This document shows, in pieces, positions 35,326 to 44,916 of a DNA stretch of 64,000 nucleotides. Every line of letters starts with the position of its first letter. Position 1 is the stretch's first letter. The translations under genes were made by a program, and so were the position numbers. Origin of the DNA: an uncultured Burkholderiales bacterium (lineage in GTDB: Bacteria > Pseudomonadota > Gammaproteobacteria > Burkholderiales > Burkholderiaceae_C); NCBI GenBank assembly GCA_903916355.1, contig CAIWWN010000270.1:6127-70126 (forward strand), read 5' to 3'. The notes beneath the pieces were generated by a model, which saw nothing but the letters and a program-made list of their open reading frames with translations, ran no database searches and was not told the origin of the DNA.

Positions 35326-35943
35326 TTATTTAGAGGTCGGCATGATCATGCCGCGCACCCGGCCCTGCAAGCGGTATTCACCGCTTTGGCCATTCAGTTC
35401 CATGCTCTCGCCGCTGAACAGGTCGCGTCCTCTGCGCACTTCAACCGGGGTTTCAGAAATCACCCGGTCGCCTTTTTCATAAGCGATGAGTTTTTCACTG
35501 CGCAGCTCAGTGCGCCCGCCGTCTTTGGGGTTGATGCGCACCACGTTGGCGTTGCCGCTCAAGGTGGTTTTGGCTTCTTGCTGGTTGTTTTCAGCTTGGG
35601 ATTGCGCGTGGTCTGCACGCGCCACCACTTTTTGCCCTTGTTCGTCGATGGCCTGAATCTGCACCGTATCCATGTCCAGCACGTCGAACTCGGGGTAATG
35701 CCGGGCATGCGCGGCGTGCAGTTCACGGATCAGACGGCCACTGGCGTCAAAGGACTGAACCGAAAAACCATGCAAAAAATAATCGGGCTCTTTGCGCACG
35801 ACTTTGGCGCTGTTGGGGCTGTGCAGATCCGGCACGCTGCGCACCAACCACCAAGAGCTGAGGGCAAACAAACCCATGACCAAAGCCGGCAAATACAAAG
35901 CCAGCCGGTCAAAGGCATTGCGAATCAGGTGCAACCAGGGCAT
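35326..35943 (-). CDS. lptC: LPS export system protein LptC
   Basis: N-terminal TM anchor, then PDYFLHGFSVQSFDASGR...TTLSGNANVVR beta-jellyroll pattern. Positioned after kdsD-kdsC. Confidence 0.7.
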   Translation of the reverse strand: MPWLHLIRNAFDRLALYLPALVMGLFALSSWWLVRSVPDLHSPNSAKVVRKEPDYFLHGFSVQSFDASGRLIRELHAAHARHYPEFDVLDMDTVQIQAIDEQGQKVVARADHAQSQAENNQQEAKTTLSGNANVVRINPKDGGRTELRSEKLIAYEKGDRVISETPVEVRRGRDLFSGESMELNGQSGEYRLQGRVRGMIMPTSK

Positions 35944-35950
35944 GGTGGGC

Positions 35951-36550
35951 TCAGGCCTTGTCTGGTTGCGCGGGCATCGGCACCGATGCGCTCACCCGGG
36001 CCAGCAGTTTGGCGTAATGGCCACCGGCCACCAGCAACAGATCGCAAAAGGCCCGCGCTGCGCCTTCGCCGCCGCGCTGTGCGGTGACGTGGTCGGCCAA
36101 GGCCAGTGCTTGGCCATGGGCGTTGGCGGGTGCGCAGGCAAAGGCGGCATGTTGCATCACCGGCAGGTCGGGCCAGTCGTCACCCATGGCCGCGGCCTGT
36201 GACCAACTGAAACCCAGGGTGTCCAGATAGGCTTGAGCGGCAGGCAGTTTGTCTTCGGTGCCGAAGGTCGCGTGGGTCACGCCCAAAGCGGTCAAGCGCT
36301 TGCGCAGGGGCAAAGAGTCGCGCCCGGTGATGACCACAGGCGTGATGCCCGCTTGCATCAAGAGTTTCAGGCCGTGGCCGTCCAAGGTGCTGAAGCGCTT
36401 GAGCGTTTCACCGTGTTCAGAAAAATACAGACCGCCATCGGTAAGCACACCGTCCACATCGAAAAAGGCGATGTGGACGCCTTGCGCTTTGAGCAGCAAT
36501 TCGGGCGGGTAGTGCAAAGCGGGTGTCAAGGGTTTCATGGGGTGGCGCAT
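35951..36550 (-). CDS. kdsC: 3-deoxy-D-manno-octulosonate 8-phosphate phosphatase KdsC
   Basis: FFDVDGVLTDG...ITGRDS...MGDDWPDLPVM HAD motifs. Start 36550 or 36538. Confidence 0.85.
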   Translation of the reverse strand: MRHPMKPLTPALHYPPELLLKAQGVHIAFFDVDGVLTDGGLYFSEHGETLKRFSTLDGHGLKLLMQAGITPVVITGRDSLPLRKRLTALGVTHATFGTEDKLPAAQAYLDTLGFSWSQAAAMGDDWPDLPVMQHAAFACAPANAHGQALALADHVTAQRGGEGAARAFCDLLLVAGGHYAKLLARVSASVPMPAQPDKA

Positions 36551-37528
36551 TCAAATGACCTTGGCGCGCATCAGATCGTTGCTGTTGAGGGCGCCGCACA
36601 AACGCCCTTCTTTGTCCACCACCAGCACGCTGGTGATGCGGTGCGCTTCCATCAACTCGGCGGCCTCAACCGCCAGGGCATCTTGCCGAATGGTGCGAGG
36701 GCCAGCGTGCATCACGTCCTGCGCGGTGAGGTTGCGCAAATCACGGCCTTGTTCAATCAGTCGGCGCAAATCACCGTCGGTAAAAATGCCCAGGACCTGT
36801 TGTTCGGCATCGACCACCGCCGAGGCGCCCAAGCCTTTATGGCTCATCTCGCGCATGAGTTCCATCAGGCTGGCGTGGGGCAATACGCTGGGGGCGTCAT
36901 CGCCTGTGCGCATCACATCGCTCACATGGGTGAGCAGGCGGCGGCCCAAGGAGCCGCCGGGGTGCGAGCGGGCAAAGTCTTCGGCCTTGAAGCCGCGCGC
37001 GTCCAGCAGCGCCACGGCCAAGGCATCGCCCAAGGCCAATTGCGCCGTGGTGCTGGCGGTGGGCGCCAGGTTCAAGGGACAGGCTTCTTTTTCCACGCTG
37101 CTGTCCAGCACCACATCGGCATGCAGCGCCAAGGCAGATTGCAGGCCACCGGTCATGGCGATCAAGGGCACGCCTTGGCGCTTGAGCATCGGCAAGATCG
37201 CGACCAGTTCGTCACTTTCGCCGCTGTTGGAGATGCCCAGCACCACATCGACATTTTTGATCATGCCCAGGTCGCCATGGCTGGCCTCGCCCGGGTGCAC
37301 AAACATGGCGGGGGTGCCGGTGGAGGCCAGCGTGGCGGCGATCTTGCGGCCAATGTGGCCACTTTTACCCATGCCGGTGACGACCACACGGCCCTTCACG
37401 TTCAGCATGAGCTGCACCGCCTGCGCAAACCGTTCGTCCAGCCGGTCTTTGAGTCCCAAGAGCGCTTGGGCCTCGATGTCCAGGGTGTCGCGGGCCAACT
37501 GGAGGGCCTGAGCTGTATTGAATGCCAT
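36551..37528 (-). CDS. kdsD: Arabinose-5-phosphate isomerase KdsD (SIS plus 2 CBS)
   Basis: GRVVVTGMGKSGHIGRKIAATLASTGTPA...GISNSGES, C-terminal CBS pair. Confidence 0.9.
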   Translation of the reverse strand: MAFNTAQALQLARDTLDIEAQALLGLKDRLDERFAQAVQLMLNVKGRVVVTGMGKSGHIGRKIAATLASTGTPAMFVHPGEASHGDLGMIKNVDVVLGISNSGESDELVAILPMLKRQGVPLIAMTGGLQSALALHADVVLDSSVEKEACPLNLAPTASTTAQLALGDALAVALLDARGFKAEDFARSHPGGSLGRRLLTHVSDVMRTGDDAPSVLPHASLMELMREMSHKGLGASAVVDAEQQVLGIFTDGDLRRLIEQGRDLRNLTAQDVMHAGPRTIRQDALAVEAAELMEAHRITSVLVVDKEGRLCGALNSNDLMRAKVI

Positions 37529-37615
37529 TCGGCTATTTTATCGGGCTCGCACAAAGACCCTATGGGAAACGCCCTTGCACCTGAATTGTCACGCTGCATT
37601 GGTACCATGGGCCAC

Positions 37616-39601
37616 ATGAGTTCGCTTGAATTGACGTTGATGTACTTGCTCGCTGCCGTGCTCGGGGTGGTGGGTTGCCGCATGCTCAAACTGCCACCCA
37701 TGCTGGGCTATTTGCTGGTGGGCGTGGTGATTGGTCCCAACGCCTTGGCGCTGGCGCAAAACTCAGAAGGCATCAAACACCTGGCCGAATTTGGCGTGGT
37801 GTTTTTGATGTTCGTGATTGGTCTGGAGTTCAATCTGCCCAAATTGCGCGCCATGCGCAAACATGTGTTTGGACTGGGCTTGATGCAGGTGGTGTTGACC
37901 ATTGTGCTGGTGACCTTTGCCTCGCTGTTCTTGGCGGCCATGGCGCCCAGCTTGTGGCACATGAGCTGGCAAACCGCGCTGACGCTGTCTGGCGCGATGG
38001 CCATGAGCAGTACGGCCATCATCATCAAATTGATTTCAGATCGTTTGGAGTTCGAATCGGAACACGGCAAGCGCGTGGTCGGCGTGCTGCTGTTTCAAGA
38101 TTTGGCGGTGGTCCCCTTGCTGGTGCTGATCCCTGCGCTGGATGCGAAACCCGAAGCGCTGATGACCGCCTTGGCGATCGCGGGCTTCAAAGCGGTGGTG
38201 CTGATCACCCTGCTGTTGACCGGCGGGCAACGCATCATGCGCTGGTGGCTGACGCTGGTGGCCCAACGCAAGAGCGAAGAGTTGTTTGTCTTGAACCTGT
38301 TGCTCGTCACCTTGGGCTTGGCATGGCTCACCGAGTTGGCGGGGCTGAGCTTGGCCTTGGGCGCATTCATTGCGGGCATGCTGATTTCAGAAACCGAATA
38401 CAAGCACCAGGTGGAAACCGACATTCGGCCCTTCCATGATGTGTTGCTGGGTTTGTTTTTCATCACCATCGGCATGCTGCTGGACTGGCACATCGTCATT
38501 CAAAACTGGCCGTTGGTGTTGTTACTCACCACTTTACCGGTGCTGTTCAAGCTGGGGCTGGTCACGGCGATTGCCCATGCGACCGGCAGCAGCATGGGCG
38601 TGTCCTTGCGCACGGGCCTGTACTTGGCGCAGGCCGGCGAGTTCGGCTTTGTGTTGCTGACCTTGGGTGCGCAGCATAATTTGGTGCCCCCGCATTTGCT
38701 GAACCCGGTGTTGGCGAGCATGGTGTTGTCGATGTTGGCCGCGCCTTTCATGGTGATGTACAGCAACCGCATCGTGATGAAACTGGTGGCCAGCGAATGG
38801 TTGCAGCAATCACTGCAAATGACCCAGATCGCGCGCAAGTCGATCAACACCAGCAAGCACGTGATCATTTGCGGCTACGGCCGCTGTGGCCAAAACCTGG
38901 CCCGCATGCTGGAGGCCGAAGGAATTCCCTACATGGCACTGGACCTGGACCCTGACCGGGTTCGACAAGCGGCTGCGGCCGGTGACTCGGTGGTGTTCGG
39001 CGATGCCGCCCGCTTGCCATCGCTGATGGCCGCGGGCCTGGCCCGCGCCAGTGCGGTGGTGGTGACCTACTTGGAAGCTGGCGCGGCTTTGAAGGTCTTG
39101 GCCAACACCCGCATTCACGCGCCCCAAGTCCCGGTGATTGTGCGCACCCAAGACGATCACCATTTGGAGCAGTTGCAACTGGCGGGCGCGACCGAGGTGG
39201 TGCCCGAAGCCATTGAGGGCTCTTTGATGCTGGCCACCCATGCCTTGGCGCTGGTGGGCGTACCCATGCGGCGCGTCATCCGTATCGTGCAAGAACAACG
39301 GGAGGCCCGCTACAACATGTTGCGTGGCTATTTTCACGGCGCCGACGACGACACGGTCGATGAAATGGACCATGAGCGCTTAGGCACCGTCAACCTGCCC
39401 GTGGCCACGTCCTGGGCCGATCAACCTCTGGCAGCGCTGGCCTTGCATGCCATGCAGGTGCGGGTGGTGAGCATGCGGCGCAGCCACGGCGAGAATGTGA
39501 AAGTGACCGCGCAGACCCTGCTGCAAGGCGGCGATACCTTGGTCTGGTCAGGCACACCGCAAGCCTTGGCTATGGCAGAGCAAAAATTATTCATGCAGTA
39601 A
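37616..39601 (+). CDS. CPA2 monovalent cation/H+ antiporter with RCK (TrkA-N/TrkA-C) domains, Kef type
   Basis: MSSLELTLMYLLAAVLG... 12-13 TM, then HVIICGYGRCGQNLARML Rossmann. Alternative starts at 37562 and 37607. The 5' 1.3 kb of the 1122-aa track ORF is antisense to kdsCD and not coding. Confidence 0.85.
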   Translation: MSSLELTLMYLLAAVLGVVGCRMLKLPPMLGYLLVGVVIGPNALALAQNSEGIKHLAEFGVVFLMFVIGLEFNLPKLRAMRKHVFGLGLMQVVLTIVLVTFASLFLAAMAPSLWHMSWQTALTLSGAMAMSSTAIIIKLISDRLEFESEHGKRVVGVLLFQDLAVVPLLVLIPALDAKPEALMTALAIAGFKAVVLITLLLTGGQRIMRWWLTLVAQRKSEELFVLNLLLVTLGLAWLTELAGLSLALGAFIAGMLISETEYKHQVETDIRPFHDVLLGLFFITIGMLLDWHIVIQNWPLVLLLTTLPVLFKLGLVTAIAHATGSSMGVSLRTGLYLAQAGEFGFVLLTLGAQHNLVPPHLLNPVLASMVLSMLAAPFMVMYSNRIVMKLVASEWLQQSLQMTQIARKSINTSKHVIICGYGRCGQNLARMLEAEGIPYMALDLDPDRVRQAAAAGDSVVFGDAARLPSLMAAGLARASAVVVTYLEAGAALKVLANTRIHAPQVPVIVRTQDDHHLEQLQLAGATEVVPEAIEGSLMLATHALALVGVPMRRVIRIVQEQREARYNMLRGYFHGADDDTVDEMDHERLGTVNLPVATSWADQPLAALALHAMQVRVVSMRRSHGENVKVTAQTLLQGGDTLVWSGTPQALAMAEQKLFMQ

Positions 39602-39622
39602 GCGGCCTGGTTCCAGGCCGCT
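39601..39622. terminator. GC-rich hairpin between convergent kef and dehalogenase genes (no U-tract)
   Basis: AGCGGCCTGG tt CCAGGCCGCT. Confidence 0.35.
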
Positions 39623-39636
39623 GAACAGGTGCGGTC

Positions 39637-40353
39637 TCAGCAGCCGAGCTGGGCGGCCAGTGCGTTCAAGTCCACCGCGTGCAAATCGTTGCCAGGTTGC
39701 GGCGACACGTCTTTCGGGTGGGCCGCGCCCATTTCCAAGGGCCTTTCAATGTAGGCGGTGCGCAGCCCGCAGGCGCGTGCGCCGGCCAAGTCATCGTGGT
39801 GTGCGGCCACCAGCATCACTTGCGCTGTCGGCACATCGAACACCCGCGCCACGCCCATGTAGGCGGCTGGGGCGGGTTTGTAAGCGCGAAATACTTCGGC
39901 GCTGAGCACACAGTCCCAAGGTAAACCGGCGCGTTTGGCCATGGCGGTGAGCAGCCCGATATTGCCGTTAGACAGGGTGCTGATGATGTACTTGCTTTTC
40001 AGACGCGTGAGTCCCGCTACGCTGTCGGGCCAGGCATCGAGTCGGTGCCAGACACGGTTCAGGTGCTGGCGTTCAACCTCGCTCAAATGCGCCAAACCAA
40101 ACTGGGGCAGCAAGCTGTCCAAGATCATGCGGTGCAAATCGTCGATCAAGGTCCAGCCGAGTTCGCCGCTCATCACCCGCTGCATCGCGGGTTTGTAGCC
40201 CGCGCGCCAAGCCAGCGCAAAAGCACCGCCATCGACCTGCGGGTACAGCGTTTGGACTTCGCGTGCAATGCTGCCATGCCAGTCGACCACGGTGCCAAAA
40301 ATATCAAAGGCCAAGACCTTGACGCTGTCGGGAGAAAAAGAAGGGGTGTGCAT
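39637..40353 (-). CDS. Haloacid dehalogenase, type II
   Basis: LAFDIFGTVVDW...LSNGN...FRAYKP...AAHHDDLAGA. Confidence 0.75.
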   Translation of the reverse strand: MHTPSFSPDSVKVLAFDIFGTVVDWHGSIAREVQTLYPQVDGGAFALAWRAGYKPAMQRVMSGELGWTLIDDLHRMILDSLLPQFGLAHLSEVERQHLNRVWHRLDAWPDSVAGLTRLKSKYIISTLSNGNIGLLTAMAKRAGLPWDCVLSAEVFRAYKPAPAAYMGVARVFDVPTAQVMLVAAHHDDLAGARACGLRTAYIERPLEMGAAHPKDVSPQPGNDLHAVDLNALAAQLGC

Positions 40354-40471
40354 AGGGTTATTCTTTCACGTTGCCCCGCAGGCGCTGTCACCCAAAGGGC
40401 AGACAAAGGACGCGAATGCTTTTACTGTGGGTTCTGACTAATTTTGCCAGCGACCTAGAGAGAGCCTTTCC

Positions 40472-40999
40472 ATGAGTTCCAGCCCGAATCCCGCCGACGA
40501 CCGCGTCCCTTATGCCAAGCCCCAGCCTTGGGGCATGGCCCCTGACATGGTGGTGGCCAACGTCATGACCGATGACGAGCGCTTGTGGGCCCCCGTGGCC
40601 CCGGGCATCTGGTCGCGCCCCATGCACTTGAATGTGACCGGTGGTTTTTATGTGCACATGCTGAAAGTCAAGCGCTCAGGCCTGCTGCAACGGCACCGCC
40701 ATTCTGGCCAAGTACACGCCTATGTGATCCGTGGCAAATGGTTGTACCTGGAGCATGACTGGGTGGCCGAAGAGGGCAGCTATGTGTTTGAACCGCCGGG
40801 CGAAACCCACACCCTGGTGGTGCCCGACGATTGCCAGGACATGGTGACGATGTTCACCGTGCATGGCGCCTTGATGTATGTGGACACGCAAGGCAACGCC
40901 ACAGGCTATGACGATGTGTTCACCCGCATCGACAAGTACCGCGCCCATTTTGAGGCTGTGGGCTTGGGCGCCGATTATGTGAAAAACTTCATGCGTTGA
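40472..40999 (+). CDS. Cupin, 2,4'-dihydroxyacetophenone-dioxygenase-like family
   Basis: LQRHRHSGQVHAYVIRGKWLYLEHDW...YVFEPPGETHTL. Confidence 0.6.
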   Translation: MSSSPNPADDRVPYAKPQPWGMAPDMVVANVMTDDERLWAPVAPGIWSRPMHLNVTGGFYVHMLKVKRSGLLQRHRHSGQVHAYVIRGKWLYLEHDWVAEEGSYVFEPPGETHTLVVPDDCQDMVTMFTVHGALMYVDTQGNATGYDDVFTRIDKYRAHFEAVGLGADYVKNFMR

Positions 41000-41016
41000 A
41001 TGCGCGCATAGTACGT

Positions 41017-41047
41017 AAAAAAGCCTGCTCGTCGAGCAGGCTTTTTG
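41017..41047. terminator. Bidirectional rho-independent terminator
   Basis: AAAAAA GCCTGCTC gtc GAGCAGGC TTTTT between convergent genes. Confidence 0.8.
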
Positions 41048-41064
41048 CATACAGGCGGGGGCAA

Positions 41065-42024
41065 TTACAACGGCTTTTTGATCCAGTTGGCGATCTCGCC
41101 GATCACGCCACGGCGAAAGGCCAGCACGCAGACCACAAAGATGAAGCCTTGGATGATGGTGACCCAGGCGCCAAATTGGGCCAGGTAGTTTTCCATGCTC
41201 ACGATCACTGCCGCACCGACCAAGGGCCCAAACAGCGTACCCATACCGCCGACCAAGGTCATCAAGACGACTTCGCCCGACATGGACCAGTGCACGTCGG
41301 TCAACGAGGCCAACTGGAACACCAGCGACTTGGTTGCACCTGATGTGCCTGCTAGCGCACCAGAGATCACAAAGGCCAAGAGTTTGAAGGAGTCGGTGTC
41401 ATAACCCAATGACGTGGCGCGGTCGGGATGCTCGCGGATGGCTTTCAGGATCTGGCCGAAGGGGGAGTGGATCACGCGCCAGATCAGCAAGAAGCCCATC
41501 AAGAAGATGGTCAACACGAACAGGTACATATTGAAATTGTCTTCCAGGTCGATCGCGCCGAACAACTTACCGCGTGGCACCGCCTGAATGCCGTCTTCAC
41601 CGCCGGTAAAGGGCGCCTGGAGACAGAAGAAGAAGACCATTTGCGCCAAAGCCAAAGTGATCATCGCAAAGTAAATGCCTTGGCGGCGAATGGCCAGCAG
41701 GCCCACCACCAGCGCCAACAAGGCTGAAGCGGCAGTGCCTAAAAGCACACACAGCTCCGGGTTCAGTCCCCAGGCCTTGGCCGAATAGGCGGCCACGTAA
41801 CCGGCCGAGCCCATGAACATGGCGTGCCCAAAAGAGAGCAGACCGCCAAAACCCAAGAGCAAGTTGAAAGCACAGGCGAACAGCGCAAAGCACATCACCT
41901 TCATCAGGAAAATCGGATACACCCAGATCGGGGCAATGGCGAAAATCATCACCATGATGACAAAGGCCACCCACTGGTGTGTGAGCGACTGCGTCTTGAA
42001 AGCGAGAGGCGTGGCGTTGGACAT
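41065..42024 (-). CDS. livM: Branched-chain amino acid ABC transporter permease (LivM type)
   Basis: Hydrophobic 8-10 TM protein in a LivH/LivM-family context. Confidence 0.8.
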   Translation of the reverse strand: MSNATPLAFKTQSLTHQWVAFVIMVMIFAIAPIWVYPIFLMKVMCFALFACAFNLLLGFGGLLSFGHAMFMGSAGYVAAYSAKAWGLNPELCVLLGTAASALLALVVGLLAIRRQGIYFAMITLALAQMVFFFCLQAPFTGGEDGIQAVPRGKLFGAIDLEDNFNMYLFVLTIFLMGFLLIWRVIHSPFGQILKAIREHPDRATSLGYDTDSFKLLAFVISGALAGTSGATKSLVFQLASLTDVHWSMSGEVVLMTLVGGMGTLFGPLVGAAVIVSMENYLAQFGAWVTIIQGFIFVVCVLAFRRGVIGEIANWIKKPL

Positions 42025-42028
42025 GAGC

Positions 42029-42913
42029 TTACTTCTGGGTGCCGAACAATCCGGCAGGTTTGATCAACAGAACAATGGTCATGATCACGAAAATGACCAC
42101 ATTGGACGCCTCAGGGTAGAACACCTTGGTCAGGCCTTCGATCAGTCCCAGACCGAAACCGGTGAGGATGGCGCCCAAGATGGAGCCCATGCCGCCGATC
42201 ACCACCACAGCAAAGACCACGATGATCAGGTCGGCGCCCATGGTCGGGTTCACCTGGTAAATTGGCGCGGCCATCACGCCGGCCAAAGCCGCCAAGCCCA
42301 CACCAAAACCATAGGTCAGCGTGATCATGCGCGGCACATTGATGCCAAAAGCCTGCACCAGGCTGGGGTTCTCGGTGGCAGCGCGCAGGTAGCCGCCCAG
42401 CTTGGTGCGCTCGATCACGTACCAGGTGGAGATGCAGACGACCAGTGAGGCCACGATCACCCAGGCCCGGTATTTGGGCAGGAACATAAAGCCCAGGTTG
42501 AACGCGCCCTGGAAGATTTCAGGCGCGGGATAAGGCATGCCTGAAGAACCGAATTCATTGCGGAAGAGGCCCTGAATGATGAGGGCCAGACCGAAGGTCA
42601 ACAGCAGACCATACAGATGGTCGAGCTTGTAGAGTTGCTTGAGCATGGTGCGCTCGATCAGCATACCGCTGGCGCCGACAACCAGCGGCGTCACGAGGAG
42701 CGACACCCAGTAATTGAGCCCCAGCTTGGTCAGGCCCAAGTAGGCCACAAAGGCGCCCAGCATGTACTGAGCGCCGTGGGTGAAGTTGATGATGTTCAGC
42801 AAGCCGAAAATCACGGCCAGGCCCAAGGAGAGCAGTGCATAAAAGGACCCGTTGATGAGTCCGATCAGCAGCTGCCCAAACAGCGCTTGAGAGGGAATGC
42901 CAAAGATTTCCAT
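42029..42913 (-). CDS. livH: Branched-chain amino acid ABC transporter permease (LivH type)
   Basis: MEIFGIPSQALFGQLLIGLINGSFYALLSLGLAVIFG... Confidence 0.85.
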   Translation of the reverse strand: MEIFGIPSQALFGQLLIGLINGSFYALLSLGLAVIFGLLNIINFTHGAQYMLGAFVAYLGLTKLGLNYWVSLLVTPLVVGASGMLIERTMLKQLYKLDHLYGLLLTFGLALIIQGLFRNEFGSSGMPYPAPEIFQGAFNLGFMFLPKYRAWVIVASLVVCISTWYVIERTKLGGYLRAATENPSLVQAFGINVPRMITLTYGFGVGLAALAGVMAAPIYQVNPTMGADLIIVVFAVVVIGGMGSILGAILTGFGLGLIEGLTKVFYPEASNVVIFVIMTIVLLIKPAGLFGTQK

Positions 42914-42946
42914 GGTGATTTCAGGCTTGCGTGAACTGCAGTGGGT

Positions 42947-44164
42947 TTACTTCTTAGCGACCAGAGGGCAGTCGCCTTCGTTCAGAGGGCGGAAGGCTTC
43001 GTTGGCCGGAATCGTGGCCGCGACTTTGTAGTAGTCGTAAGGGCCTTTGGACTCGGAAGGCTTCTTGACTTCAAACAAATAGGCCGGGTGGATCTTGCGG
43101 CCGTCCGCACGGATGGAGCCTTTGCCGAACAAGATGTCGTCGGTGGGCAGCTCTTTCATCTTGGCAATCACCTTACCGCCGTCGTCGGTCTTGCTGGCGT
43201 CGACCGCCTTCAGGTAATGGATCACGCCGGCGTAAACACCGGCATGGTCAGACGAAGGCATTTTGCCGCCATGCAGCGCAGCAAAGCGCTTGGACCAAGC
43301 CCGTGTGCTGTCGTTCAGATCCCAGTAGAAGGTTTCCGTCAAGAGCAGGCCTTGAGCCTTGTCCAAGCCCAAGGAGTGCACGTCCGTCAGGAACACCAGC
43401 ATGCCGGCCAGGTTCTGACCCCCCTTGACGATGCCGAATTCAGAGGCTTGCTTGATGGAGTTGATGGTGTCGGCACCGGCGTTGGCCAAGCCAATGATCT
43501 TGGCCTTGGACGCCTGCGCTTGCAGCAGGAAGGACGAGAAGTCTTGTGTAGGGAAAGGCGTGCGGACTTTGCCAACCACCTTGCCACCGTTCTTCAGCAC
43601 CACGGCTTCGGTGTCACGCTCCAGCGCGTGACCGAAAGCGTAGTCAGCAGTCAAAAAGAACCAAGAGCTGCCGCCGTTTTTCACAATGGCTTTGCCCGTG
43701 CCATTGGCCAGCATCCAGGTGTCGTACAGAAAGTGCACCACATTGGCATTGCAGGCCTTGCCCGTCAGGTCTGCCGTGGCCGAGCCGGTGTTGACGTGGG
43801 CCTTGTTCTTGTCTTTGGAGATCTGCGCAATCGCCAGACCGACGGACGAGGTGGGCACATCGGTGATCATGTCGACTTTGTCGGTGTCGTACCACTGGCG
43901 CGCGATGTTGGAGCCCACATCAGGCTTGTTTTGGTGGTCGGCGCTGACGATTTCCACTTTCAAGGCGCTCTTGGTGGCCTTGATGTAGTCTTCCACAGCC
44001 ATTTTGGCTGCGATCACCGAACCGGGGCCACCGATGTCCGCGTAGGGGCCTGACATGTCGTTGAGCACGCCGATCTTGACGATGCCGTCTGAGATATCCG
44101 CTTGAGCGGTGCCGGCCAATGCGCATGCGGCCAAGGCGGCTGTAGCGAGAAGTTTGCGTTTCAT
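42947..44164 (-). CDS. ABC transporter periplasmic substrate-binding protein (Leu/Ile/Val-binding family)
   Basis: Signal peptide MKRKLLATAALAACALAGTAQA, then IKIGVLNDMSGPYADIGG. Confidence 0.8.
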   Translation of the reverse strand: MKRKLLATAALAACALAGTAQADISDGIVKIGVLNDMSGPYADIGGPGSVIAAKMAVEDYIKATKSALKVEIVSADHQNKPDVGSNIARQWYDTDKVDMITDVPTSSVGLAIAQISKDKNKAHVNTGSATADLTGKACNANVVHFLYDTWMLANGTGKAIVKNGGSSWFFLTADYAFGHALERDTEAVVLKNGGKVVGKVRTPFPTQDFSSFLLQAQASKAKIIGLANAGADTINSIKQASEFGIVKGGQNLAGMLVFLTDVHSLGLDKAQGLLLTETFYWDLNDSTRAWSKRFAALHGGKMPSSDHAGVYAGVIHYLKAVDASKTDDGGKVIAKMKELPTDDILFGKGSIRADGRKIHPAYLFEVKKPSESKGPYDYYKVAATIPANEAFRPLNEGDCPLVAKK

Positions 44165-44196
44165 GGGAATCTCCTGTGGATGGATGGAAAAAGAAA

Positions 44197-44916
44197 TTAG
44201 ACGCCGAGGTATTCGTGCAGCATGGGCATCTTGGCTTTGAGCTCGCTGGCGGCAAAGCCCTCGATGATGCGACCGTGTTCCATGACGTAAAAGCGGTCGG
44301 CCAAAGGCGCGGCAAAGCGGAAGTTTTGCTCCACCATGATGATGGTGAAACCCTTGGCCTTGAGCGAAAGAATCATGCGCGCCAGCGCTTGTACGATCAC
44401 CGGCGCCAGACCTTCAGAAATTTCGTCCAGCAACAACAGCTTGGCACCGGTGCGCAAAATACGCCCCACGGCCAGCATTTGCTGCTCACCGCCCGACAGG
44501 CGGGTGCCGGGGCTGTTTTTGCGTTCCAGCAGGTTGGGGAACATCTCGTAAATCTCGTCCAGGGGCATGCCCCCGCCCGCGATCACGGGCGGCAGCAGCA
44601 GGTTTTCTTCGCAGCTGAGCGAGGCAAAAATGCCGCGCTCTTCAGGGCAGTAGCCCAGTCCCATTTGGGCAATCTGGTGGGTGGGCATGTCAATGGACTC
44701 GACGCCATTGATGGTGATCGAGCCGGTGCGCTTGCCCACCAGGCCCAGAATGGATTTGACGGTGGTGGATCGGCCCGCGCCGTTGCGCCCGAGCAGCGTG
44801 ACCACCTCGCCTTGGTGCACCGTCAGGTCCACACCATGCAGGATGTGTGACTCGCCGTACCAAGCGTGCAGGTTGCTGATGCGCAGAAACTCTGTATCGT
44901 GGGAGGTATCAGCCAT
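44197..44916 (-). CDS. livF: ABC transporter ATP-binding protein (LivF type)
   Basis: LLGRNGAGRSTT Walker A, LSGGEQQML signature, LLLLDE Walker B. The start at 44916 overlaps livG by 8 nt. Confidence 0.85.
   Translation of the reverse strand: MADTSHDTEFLRISNLHAWYGESHILHGVDLTVHQGEVVTLLGRNGAGRSTTVKSILGLVGKRTGSITINGVESIDMPTHQIAQMGLGYCPEERGIFASLSCEENLLLPPVIAGGGMPLDEIYEMFPNLLERKNSPGTRLSGGEQQMLAVGRILRTGAKLLLLDEISEGLAPVIVQALARMILSLKAKGFTIIMVEQNFRFAAPLADRFYVMEHGRIIEGFAASELKAKMPMLHEYLGV

Noticed and set aside
36233-37561. 5' 443 codons of the 1122-aa plus-strand ORF
   Set aside because: This part is antisense to kdsC and kdsD, which have strong HAD, SIS and CBS motifs. The real Kef-type gene begins at about 37562-37616, where the hydrophobic transporter sequence starts.
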